Under the pieces are notes generated by a model that saw nothing but the letters and a program-made list of their open reading frames with translations, made no database searches and was not told where the DNA came from. Of a stretch of 64,000 nucleotides of DNA, positions 1-10,438 are shown piece after piece. Within the stretch, counting starts at the first letter, position 1. Every line of letters begins with the position of its first letter. Source of the DNA: Marsupella aquatica. Taxonomy: Eukaryota > Plantae > Marchantiophyta. Location: contig OZ316895.1 of NCBI GenBank assembly GCA_973895155.1, positions 18,485,880 to 18,549,879 on the forward strand, read 5' to 3'. A program made the translations under genes and the position numbers.

Positions 1-3000
1 GACCCTGAAGGTTTCCGCTTCTTCTTCGTTGGTGGCTCGGCAACTGGTCCCTTCCCCTTCCCACTTACTTCCGGCACTGGTGCAGTTGGCGCGGCTTGTC
101 CTTCGGCAATTACCACCCCTGGTAACTGGTTTGTCCCAACGGGAGATGGACCTGCTGCAGCTAAGCATTTAAATACTGCGGCTTGTTTCTTCAGCCGCTC
201 TGTTTGGTTGTCGGCCCGCCGCTGTAGGTTCTCCATCTTCCTCGTGATTTCCTCCAACTCCTCTTGGGTTTCATCCAGGTCCTTACGTGCCCCCTCCAGC
301 TCGTTTTTGGCCTCCTCCTGCTCCCTGTGGGCTTCCTCCAATTCCTTCTTCAAGGTAGCCCTCTCCTCCTGGGTTGCTCTTAGCTCCTTGTCGAGTTCTG
401 CAATGATGACAGACTCCATCTGGTTCATCTTGGCGTAAGTCTGTTCGAGCATCTCGTCCTTCTCCCTTAGGTCGGCCTTGAAGCTGGCCGTCAGGGACGC
501 AAGCTCCTGCTGCAGCGCCATAATCCCTTGATAGGATTTCCCTAACTCGACCTCCTTCTGCTCAAGGGCTCCGCGGATTTTCTCGAGCTCCCCTTTCAAC
601 GCCCATTCCTTTCTTTGGGTCTCCGCCATGGCCCGGCTGTTGGCTGTTATGTGGGCCTCCTCTGTATTCTTCAGCTCTTGCTTCCACTTCTCCCTCTCTT
701 TGATCGTGTCGGCCAACTCTCCCTGCGTCTGAGTTAGTTTATCCTTGATATTCTGATTATCAGCCTGCGCGGTGTCCAACTGCCCCTGCATGATGTTCAG
801 CTCATGTCGTTTAATCCGCAGTTCATCTTGGGCTTTCTTGGCCGCCCTTAGATCTTCAATCTCGGCTTCCATCCTCCTAAGCCGCCGAATGACCTCGTCC
901 TTCTTGCTTCTCTCTAAAGCCACCGCTTCTTCTAATTGGTGCTTCTCCAACTGCTCCCTATGGAAAAAGGGTCCTACCTCCAACTCCTCTCCAAAGATGC
1001 CGAGCGCAAGTTCCCCACACATCTCACCATACTCCATGGCTCTATTCTTAGCGTAGGTGGAGTAAGTAGAAGTGATCGGCATCGCCCATCGTGGCCTCTG
1101 CTCCCAAGCCGTCCTGCGGATCTCTTCAATCGTGGCTAGAGGTTTGCTTCCTTTTTCGGCTAGCCGCCTGATGTCCTCCGGCCAATCTCCTCCTGGTAAA
1201 TCCTTTTCCTTAGCCAGGGCGGCCTCTTCCTCCTGCTTGATTCGCTCCTGAAATTCCTGCACCGTCTGTTTTATGCTGTCGAAGCTCGGGGGAGCAACAT
1301 CTGGTGGGGGAGACTCAGGGCTACTCTGCTGGTTGGGGTCCCCTCGCACTACCCTTGGAAGTGTGGGGACAAACCGGCCACAGGTCCTTACTCCTGGAAC
1401 GTGATGGTCCGACCCATAGCCGGAATTATCATGGCTGCAGTCCTCCACTGCCTCCTCTACCTCTTGGACGTCCGGCTTCTCCCTCTCCTCTTCGTCGGTA
1501 GGAGCTTCAGGCAATTCTGCCTCAGATTCAGAGCTTGAGGTTCCCACGTACATTCGAACACCTAGCTTGGATTCCGGCCTGATTCTCTCCTTGTCTCCAG
1601 CAAAGGGGTTTTCTCTTGTGAGCCGGTGTAGGCCTACCTCTGTAGTAGTGTCCTGCATTGTTGCCGTTGCCGTTGTTGTTGCCGATGCCGATTTCTTTTC
1701 TTTCTCCAGTAGTTTCAGCAGACTCTGCATGCCTGGTTGCTGCATCGGCAAGTCTTCCTTCCTGGGCCTAAACACCTGCTCGATCGTAGGACTAACAGGT
1801 GGTTGAGGCTTCTCAGCCAACGGCCTCGGCGTTGGAGCTTCCTCGGGTGCCCTTACCTGCAGGGGAAGTACCGGGGCAAAAGTCTGACCTCTGGCATACC
1901 GGCACAACAGCGGCATGTGATAGCCAAGCTGCGACACGCTCCCCATGCCGATTACCTGCTGCTCCTCCTTTAAGATCTTCTTCAATTGGTTGAGGAGGTA
2001 CCCGTTGTAGTCCCGGCTTGGGTCTGGCCTTTCTGCCAGATAGACCTGTGCCTTGCCGATCTCTGCCCTCGGCAAGTTACAATGCATGGTCACCCGCAAG
2101 AAGTTGATCATCTCTCCTATGTGCGGGTTGGTGCAGGTGTTCCGGAAGAAGCCATTCTTCGTTGATGGCCCGGGGAACGACCGGAACTCCTTGTCAGGCA
2201 GGGTCTTCCTGGTATCAACTTTGGTCTTATTGCCTATCGGCAAGCCAAACACTTCGGCAATTACCTTGGGAGTAAGATAGAAATCCTTCCCATATATCCT
2301 CGTGCAATTGGTCTCGGGTTCCCATGACCCCACGAATTCTAATAGGTCTGACTCCGGTACCTCCGGCTTCAGCCATGGTAATCTTACAAAGGCCTCCAAG
2401 CCGGATCCGGCCATGAAGCCTTGGTACTTCTTGGTCTGCATGGCCGTAAAGCATGCATCCTCCTCCCGTGCAAAATGTAGTTGCACCTCCACCGGTAGGG
2501 TTGCCGCCCAGCCCTTCCAGGTGTCATCCCTGGTTGGAATGGCCTTGATGGGATCGACCTCCTCCTCTTCGGCTTCTCCCTGCCTCCTGCTCTGCTGCTC
2601 GGCTGGCCTCTTTGGTGCCGCCGACCTCGTTCTTTTTGCCGGGGTGGCTTCATCGTTGACGGCCCCCTTCCTCTTCATCTCTGCTGCCGTGGAGGTTTCT
2701 CCTAGCACCGTTGCCTGGGTCCACCTTTCCGTGCTACCCTTTAATTCCCAGTGTATGTCGTTGCGTTCTTGATGGCCTCTCGGATGCCGACGACGCTGTC
2801 TTTGCAAAACAGAAGATCGTCGAGTTGATTGGAAGTAGGCGTCCACAGGAACTCGTCCTTGATGAGTTCGCCTCCTAAGAAAGCCGTCTTCTGCAGCTCC
2901 CACAATCGAGCGAACTCCTGCCGTTCTCGAGCTGCCCTTTCTGACTCCTCGTCCTCGTAAGTCTTGATGTACTCAGTTGCCCGTTCGAACAGGCATCCCC

Positions 3001-3289
3001 AGAAATGTGCCGCTTGATTGACGTTGCTCATACCCTCCTTAGGTCGATCATCGGTATCTATTCTCTCCCCGAGTGCTTGCCTAAGCAGCTGACAGTAGTT
3101 GGCCTCCCGTAGTCGTCTGCCTAGTTCGTGCTCGCAAATGAGCCACCATCTCCTGCAAGCGCTCCTTACCCCTCTCCTCTGCCGGTCCTTCTTCCCGTTG
3201 ATCCTTCCTAGCCGCCGACGCTTAACGCGCCCTAACCCTAATCGGGTTTTCACCCTCAGCCTTACCTCCGGCCTCTGCCCGGGTTCCAT
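1..3289 (-). pseudogene. LTR-encoded large ORF (family X protein), frameshifted copy
   Basis: MEPGQRPEV... is near-identical to 28314-31955. A 1-nt deletion near 2765 (AAGAACGCAAC vs AAGAACGGCAAC) shifts the frame; the downstream frame appears open to the window edge. Confidence 0.85.
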
Positions 3290-3404
3290 GGTTGCCCCTA
3301 ATTGTTTATATTTTCCTTGTTTTGTCCCTATACTAAGGTGTTCCTAGGGTGCCTTCCTGCTTTACCCACTTAACCGGCCGAGTGATTCCTGTCTAGGCAT
3401 CACA
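1..3404 (-). mobile_element. 3' LTR (family X, copy 1) of a Ty3/gypsy element; runs off the left window edge
   Basis: On the minus strand it starts TGTGATGCCTAGACAGGAATC at 3404, identical to the start of the TSD-flanked unit at 28199, and is colinear with it. It lies directly after a polypurine tract and the integrase C-terminus. Confidence 0.88.
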
Positions 3405-4355
3405 TAGCTCCCCACTTAATTGTGAAGCGTCCTCGCGAACAACTTCATCTTCGTCCATATAATATTTCTTGAGGCGGTCATAATGGATGCGAACTGGATA
3501 TACCTCTCCCGTAATGTTGGCCAATTGTACGGAGCCATTGGGGAACATCATGGTTACTCTAAAGGGTCCTAACCAGCGAGTGTAAAGCTTTCCTGGAAAC
3601 CTACTATACCTACTGTCATAAAGTAGCACAAGATCACCGGTATGAATACTAACTACTTTTAACCTTTTATCATACTGCTGCTTCATGATATTCTGTCTAT
3701 ATTCTACTCTCTCGGCTGAAATCATTCTCGCTTCCTCTAAAGCTTCTAACCTATATTCTCGCTCCTTTAGGCTCTCCTCCGCTGAGGCTCTTTCCTCAAT
3801 TGTAACTTGAAATGTCGGTATCTCAAGTTGCATGGGTACCAGGGCTTCTTGTCCAAAGGTTAAGAAGAAGGGTGTATGACCGGTAGTGGATTTATAGGCA
3901 AGATTGTAAGCAAAAACAGCAGCAAACAATTTATCATCCCAATCGAGTTTGTTCTGAGCTACTGTCTTGTTCAATATCTTTCCTATGATTCCGTTTGCTC
4001 GTTCTGTCAACCCGTTTGCCTTTGGATGGTAGGGAGTAGTAGGCCTATGTTTAACTAAATACTGCTCATTTAAACGACTAATTATATCATTCAAAAAATG
4101 GGTTCCTCTATCACTAACTAATTCTAGGGGTGCTCCATACCTGGTGAAGATCTGCTCATACATGAATCTAGCCGTAGTAATTGCATCATCCTTCGTTGTT
4201 GGTCTGGCCTCTACCCATTTAGTTGCATAATCCGTAGCCAGGATTATGTACTTGTTCCGTCGAGGGTGGGTCAGTGGTTTCAGAGGTCCAATGTAATCAA
4301 TACCCCACTTCTCGAATGGTGCCAGAGGTAGAATAGGGTGCAGTGGATAAAACGT
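3393..4355 (-). CDS. Ty3/gypsy pol fragment: integrase core and GPY/F C-terminus (5'-truncated)
   Basis: PFEKWGIDYIGP...ATDYATKWVEA...VSDRGTHF...YHPKANGLTERAN (DDE) and WLGPFRV motifs. The stop codon lies a few nt inside the LTR. Confidence 0.95.
   Translation of the reverse strand, partial: TFYPLHPILPLAPFEKWGIDYIGPLKPLTHPRRNKYIILATDYATKWVEARPTTKDDAITTARFMYEQIFTRYGAPLELVSDRGTHFLNDIISRLNEQYLVKHRPTTPYHPKANGLTERANGIIGKILNKTVAQNKLDWDDKLFAAVFAYNLAYKSTTGHTPFFLTFGQEALVPMQLEIPTFQVTIEERASAEESLKEREYRLEALEEARMISAERVEYRQNIMKQQYDKRLKVVSIHTGDLVLLYDSRYSRFPGKLYTRWLGPFRVTMMFPNGSVQLANITGEVYPVRIHYDRLKKYYMDEDEVVREDASQLSGELCDA
3405..3417 (-). promoter_or_regulatory. Polypurine tract of the gypsy element
   Basis: Minus strand reads AAGTGGGGAGCTA immediately before the LTR TG start. 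Confidence 0.75.
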
Positions 4356-4356
4356 T

Positions 4357-6928
4357 CACAAAAACATCCTCCATCCCAAACATGCAGTGTACCTGAAGAC
4401 TCAGGGATTCGAGCACCTCGCCTCCCTCCCCTGGAACACTTGCAGGTACTACGGGGAGGACATGACGGAGTTTGTCAAGAATTATGACGACGCGCATCAA
4501 CATACTCCGCTGCGGGAAAGGAGTATGTCCCTCACGGAAGAATGGCTCAGGATGATCTTCGGGTTACCCGAAGGTGATCATCGAGTCAAATCACGGGCTC
4601 CCGGGGGCAAGGGAGCCAAGTACCAATCTTCAAGTTTTCCCTCAGAGGGAGCAGTGGACAACGGGTTCGTGATGAGGACCTGCCTCATCCCCGAGATAGC
4701 TGAGCGACTGGAGTTCCAGAGGTACACCCTCCACATGATGGAACCCCGGGGGGAGATCTCCGCCGCCCAGGTTATCCAGGTCGAGAACTATTGACCTAGG
4801 AAGTGGGCGTCGTACTTCGCTAAGAAATTCCATGAAGAGATAGAGCGGCGAAGGAAGACGCTGTACATTGGCGGGAAGGCGTATTTCGCTAGCCACATCG
4901 AGATCATTCTTGAGTGGTACGCCCGGTTTGATCGACGAACCCTTCCCCGTGTCAACGTTACAAAGCTGGTCCCTGCTACGTGGGTTTTCCCGGCCTTGGA
5001 GAGACGGCCCCAACCCGAGGCCCGGAGTCCAGCGGACACGCCAGCTTCACCCACCCCACCTCCACAAGTAGCTGTAGTCGTAACCGAGGAGGTACCGGAT
5101 GGGTCGGTTGTCGCAACCGTTGATGCGACCCAACAAGCCGGGCTAAGTACAGAAGTCGGTACGGCGGAGGTCTTACCCGAGCCCGGGTCTCCCAGAGACC
5201 CACCGGTGGCTATTCCGGAGAACCGGACATTGCTGCAGGAGGACACTCCAGCCCCTTCCAACGTTACGTCCCCAGGGCTGGACGTCACTGCCCCGGCCCC
5301 CGCGCGTGTTGACGTCTGCCCGTGCCCAACTCCGGACAGGCACAACTTGGACCACCCGAAACTCTTCGTACCGGGTACATTTCTGAACGGGCTTCTGGGA
5401 GATTTCTCTCATCAAATTTCCTGGGATACCGGAGAGTTCATGGCCCGGAAGGTAGCCTATTTCTTCAATCAGGAGTTGGTTGCCGCAGTAAAGGCAGGTC
5501 GGGCCCAGTCAGAGGCCCTTCAGAGGATAGAGCGGTACCGGGTGGAGTCCGTGTACCTAAAGAACGAAGTTGCGGCTCAAGAGGCTGAGCTTCTGCAACT
5601 ACGACCCAAGGTTGCAGCTGCCGATGAGTTGTTAGCAAAGGTGCACGGTCTTACCGCCCTAGCCGAACAGGCCAAAGTTGGGAACGAGGCCGAGATTACA
5701 CGACTCCGAAACCAGATTGACAGTTTGAAGAATCAAACTGTCACCTGGCAGAAAGACCTGGAGGAGGCCGAGGAACGGGCCCAGCGGGACACGGCGGAGA
5801 TAGCCACGCTGTAGGCCGAGGTGGCGCGGCTCCAAACCGAGGCCGAGAAGCAGGACCAGCTGGCGGGTAAACTGACGAGCGACACCCAGCAGTAGAGGAG
5901 ACGGACGTGGCGAGGCGAGAGAACAAATCTCTTCTGGACCAGGTCCAGCTCCTCAAGGCGGACAATGACAGGCTTCGAAGGCAACGGGATGGCCGCTCCC
6001 ATTCGGGCGGCTCTGGCAAGCGTGCCAGGCATTAGCAGCGGAGTAGGAATAGATTAGGATTAGGACTGGCTTAGTCAGGCTCTTGGGACAGGCACCTGCC
6101 TTAGGTATAGCAGCGCTGCCATGCTGTCCAGCCTGCGTAGATTAGGATCTTCTAATAAGACACAGCCGTTTTCTGGCCTGACTGTCAGCTTGGTTAGGAC
6201 CTTAGTCAGCGAATATTCGGCAAGAGGACACCCCGTCCCTCGGCCCTTAGTATCTAGTGCACCCCTCGATAGAGGTGAGGGGGGGTTTTTAGTTTCAGAG
6301 TTGGACGTCCGCGGTATATGCGGGGAGTCCCGACCTTTGGGAATGAAAGAGTACCAAGGGGGGGTAGGACTAAGCTTGCCGGGCGAGTGCAGAGCCGGGC
6401 TCCGTTGTAGTGTGCCCTCGGCCTTGAACCTATTCATTCCGGGGCTGTCGGGTCAACTAAGTGTACGCATATGTTCCCTTTGTAGTAAAATCCTTTCCCA
6501 TCATTTTCCTTTGTGTAAATCAAGATTGTATGCATGTGCGCGTGTATGTGTGTGGGTTTCTCGTATATGGGTGGCAGCGCCAGGCCGAACGCACTACCCG
6601 GGACGTGCATAGGGTGCAGCCTACGGGTAAGTGGTTGCGAGCATGGGTTGAGGACCTGTATCATCGAATCCGGATCGAAGGCGGACAGCACGAAGGCTTA
6701 GAAGCCCTTAAGCCGGGGTCGATCCTACTATCGACTAAGGTACGTTCCGGCGGCGGAACACAAACCATACCTAGGAGGTGTCCGTATTTAGCAGTATGCG
6801 CACTTAGCGCTAGTTTACGAGAATAAGGTGCATTACGTGCTTCCCTTCCTGCCCGAACCCTCAGATTTACAAGGGATGTGCCCGTCTAAGCTGAAGTCTG
6901 AGTTAAGGCCGAAGCCGACGACGTGACA
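4357..6928 (+). mobile_element. 5'-truncated probable LTR of a second, diverged coding-LTR family (family Z)
   Basis: Ends ...GACGTGACA at 6928, abutting the middle of an exon of another gene. Same layout as family X: homologous ORF, TTAGGATTAGGA shortly after the stop, then ~0.9 kb non-coding tail to CA. Left end and TSD are lost. Confidence 0.62.
4387..6035 (+). pseudogene. Family Z ORF, homologous to family X protein (conserved core, Pro-rich linker, coiled coil)
   Basis: In-frame stops at 4792 and 5812 and a frameshift near 5895-5915. NGFVMRTCLIPEIAERLEFQRYTLHMMEPRGEISAAQV aligns with NGFFRNTCTNSHIGEMIDFLRVTMHCNLPRAEIGKAQV of family X. Confidence 0.75.
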
Positions 6929-8164
6929 ATCACCCGCATGTGCAATGTACTATCTTCAAGGGTGAAAAGGGATCTTTGATTGAAATTGAGGTGGCTATAC
7001 ATACTGTGAACCAGTAAGTCTCTCTTTGAATTTCACCTATCCTTATCTTTTATAGTGTAGTTTTTACTAGCGCCTGGCGCTATTGACTGACAAATTCTTC
7101 TGTAGACTTGGATAGGCCGTGGTGGAACCTTCCTGGATACTTGATGCAGACCGAATTAAGAGGATTTTGTCCAACAATCTAGAATACTACAAATCAATCA
7201 TCGATGGAGAAGGAGAAGACCGGGGGGATTGAAGAGGGACTGAGAGCGCTGGCGGAGCTGAAAGGACTGAAGCACTCTGGTTTTGTCTCGTATGGGCCTT
7301 CGGATCGAGACTGCTGGTCGATCGTGTTGCTGTGAACTGTGTGCTTTTACCTCCGAAGTGGAGGTACTCACCGCTATCTTTCGAAACAAACTTGGTCTCT
7401 TTTGATAAGGTACCGCAGATGCATGAGCACATTAGCTGGGATTAGGGTCTCGACGTTCTTAGGTTAACATGATTACGGCTCTTTGAGGTTTATGTATTTT
7501 TAGTGGATGGGGGTTTAACACGAAGGGCGTGCGAGCATTTGGTGCAAGGCGAGAGAAAGGTGGTTTTGAGGTGAAGTGATATCAAGCTTTGTTGAGAGAC
7601 TATCTCTGCTTGCTCGGGTGGCATAGTCCTTGGCGATTGAGGCACCGGGACGGTCCTTGAAGTGAGTAACGTGCGGAAATGCCGCGTGAGGGAGAGATGG
7701 CATCGGCCATGTCGGGACTACAATTTTTCGCTTCTGGACTCTCGGAGTTAGAGAAGTTGTCTCTCTAAGGAGCGAGGATTATATCTTTGACCTCGGTGGT
7801 GCGGATTCCCACTCCAGACGTGGCTGCTATTTCTTCTTTTCAAATGGGTTAGCAGGATGACATCGCTCTTTTGCCTACACTGCGCTTGGTGAAGGTCTCT
7901 TCAGCCTCATAAGGAGAGCTTTTCAATGAATTTTGCTGCGGGCTCTCCTTTGGTTATGTTTATGCATAGGTGACCATGCATCGACGTTCTGCTTATCCTC
8001 TGCGATCAGGTGAGCTATCGATATATTAAGCATTTTTTACCCACTGGCCAGCATCGTTGGCTGGAAGGGTAAATGCTCGCTCTTCCTCCTTTTTGCTGAA
8101 TCTCGACCTGTCGATTCGACTCGTGGTGTTTCCCCCGTTGGGCTAGATTTCCTTTCTTTCAAAA

Positions 8165-10371
8165 ATGATGACTTCCAATCAGCGGAGGTTTGCTGGTCAG
8201 GGGGGATGCGGAGCTTTGATGTGGGGATCTGCTTCTTTTCGTGAGGGCCAAGCACAGCGGGATGCCGAGGGTGGTGCGGGGCACTGGGTGGACCCCTCTG
8301 CTCGGGACAGGACTGGACCCTTACGTTCTTATCAAGGGCAAGATTCTTTGAATGGTGCTCCACGTTATAAATCTTCCTTCTCCGGCCAGGATGCGCGCTC
8401 TGATGCTGCTAGGACGGGAGTGAATACTCCTATTTCTTTTGAGGATAATAGTGAGCCTACTGAACCAATGCAAAGTTGGTTTGGATTGAAACCTGCTGGG
8501 AATGATGCGGATGGCTTCACTCGCTGGGATCCCCCGCAGACACTTAATGCTGAACCGATGGACGATCTAGAGGGCCGTTTGGAATTACCATATGATGCGC
8601 ATTTTCGAGATGATGTGGGAGATCGGTTTGAAGGTGGGATACAGGACATGAGCATTGATGCTCCGACAGAATGCGATCTGAATAGCAGAGGGAGACCTAT
8701 GGGAACTCCTGTTATTGCTGATAAGCCATCCGGGGTACGAGGTAATCCCTCTATCTGTAACAGAGCAATGGAAGCAGAGTCTTGTCTCCCCATTCTTTGA
8801 CGAATTTCAGATTTATCAGTGCAGGATTGGCCATCCAAGTTACATACCACGATCAAATGGTCGCTGGAAGAGGCGGCGGCGACGGTAAAAGAGCTCTATA
8901 ATTGTACAATGCTGTGTTATTTCACGGATCGCGCTCCCATGCTACCCACTTTCAAATTCTGGGTTGAACAGACGTTTGTGAAGGAAATGAGATGGCCTGT
9001 GACGCAGGTGAAGTTCATAGGAAAGAACTTCTACTTGATCGCTTTCAAACACCCGGAACATCGTGATTCTGCTCTAGCGGATGCTCCTTGGTTCTTAGAA
9101 CGTAAATATGTGTTCACGTTCCCATGGGATCCATCCTTTGATATTAGAAATGAATCATACACTCTTCTGCCGGTATGGATTGAAATTCCGTTTAGAGCTC
9201 TGGTGCTTGAGCCCTGTCGTAGGAAATTGGCAGCATCTCTGGGCGACATCCTTCATTACATCCAAGGGGATGATCTTAGTTCTTATCCTCATGATCGGGC
9301 TTGTGTTCTATGGGACACTACGAGAGAGATACCTCAGAGTGTCGAGGTTCAAATTCAGGATGATTTGTCTATCTGGCAACCAGTTATTTTCAAAAATATA
9401 CCATTTCATTGCTTTCGGTGCAATAAGAAAGGCCATCTGGCGCGGGACTGCAGAACGCACGAGGATGCGGATGTTGATGCCAATCAACGTGATGTTGAAC
9501 GGCCTATGCCTGTGGTACCAACCGAGGTTCCTACTGTGGATATTAGCCAATCTAGGAGGGACCATTGTATTTCTGAGACTCCTGCACCGGTGCGTCGGCC
9601 TAACGAGGAGGCCTCTACACCTTTTTCCTTGGGACCCCCGATTAATGCGGAGGATACGGTGGCCCTCTTTGGCTGTCACCACGATCTGGCTGCGGATTCC
9701 AGGCCGGTGGTAGTTACTCAGGCGATTGATCCACTGAGGTTTTGGAGTTCAGATCAACTCCTTTGAGCATTATTCATGATAGGAGCACCGGCCCTCGCAT
9801 TATTCAAGATTTGCAGACTATGAACGGGTCGGAGGCACCCCTCTTGATCGCACAAGTAGATCCTGGTGGGTTAGGAGAGTTGGCTGCAGCCACGACTTTG
9901 GATTCTTCTCCGGTTGCTTCACTTGCGCAGCTTGTGCCGATGAAGGTGGTTTCTGATGAGATGGAGGACGGAAGGGATGATTTTTCTGCCTCGGAGATGC
10001 CTTCTGATATGGAATTATCGGAGTATGAAGGTTATATCTCACGGATGGCTCTCAAAAAAGACAGAGCTAGGAAATTGGCGAGAAGATCTCCCCCTGAGGA
10101 TAAGAAAAAAGAAAAGGATAAAAAGAAAGCTAAGAATCAGAAGTCCTTACAATTTTCTCCTGACTCTAAACTGCAGGACCCTGAAGGTTGGGTGACCTCG
10201 GGTCGGAAGCTGTCAAGGGAGCAAAAAAAGAGGATGGTTGAGCTCAATCATGGTACTGGGGAGCCTGAGATTGCCCCTCTTGTTGTTCCTATTGCTGTCG
10301 CACTGGGCGACCCTGGAACTGCACGGGCTTCAGAATTGGTTACTGCGGTCCGGGATGTTGAGACGCTCTAG
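8165..10371 (+). pseudogene. LINE-A ORF1 (DUF4283-like region plus CCHC zinc knuckle)
   Basis: APWFLERKYVFTFPWDPSF...PVWIEIP and CFRCNKKGHLARDC motifs. Stop at 8798 and frameshift near 9750. Confidence 0.88.
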
Positions 10372-10438
10372 TGAAGATGGGGCGGAGGCTATTTTTTTGT
10401 CTCTCTGAATCCACACGGCATTCTTAATCGGGTGCAGT

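Noticed and set aside
208-3347. Many plus-strand ORFs (and minus-strand ORFs at 28256-31678)
   Set aside because: Antisense shadows of the Glu/Lys-rich LTR ORF; Ser/Leu/Phe-rich and mirrored in each copy.
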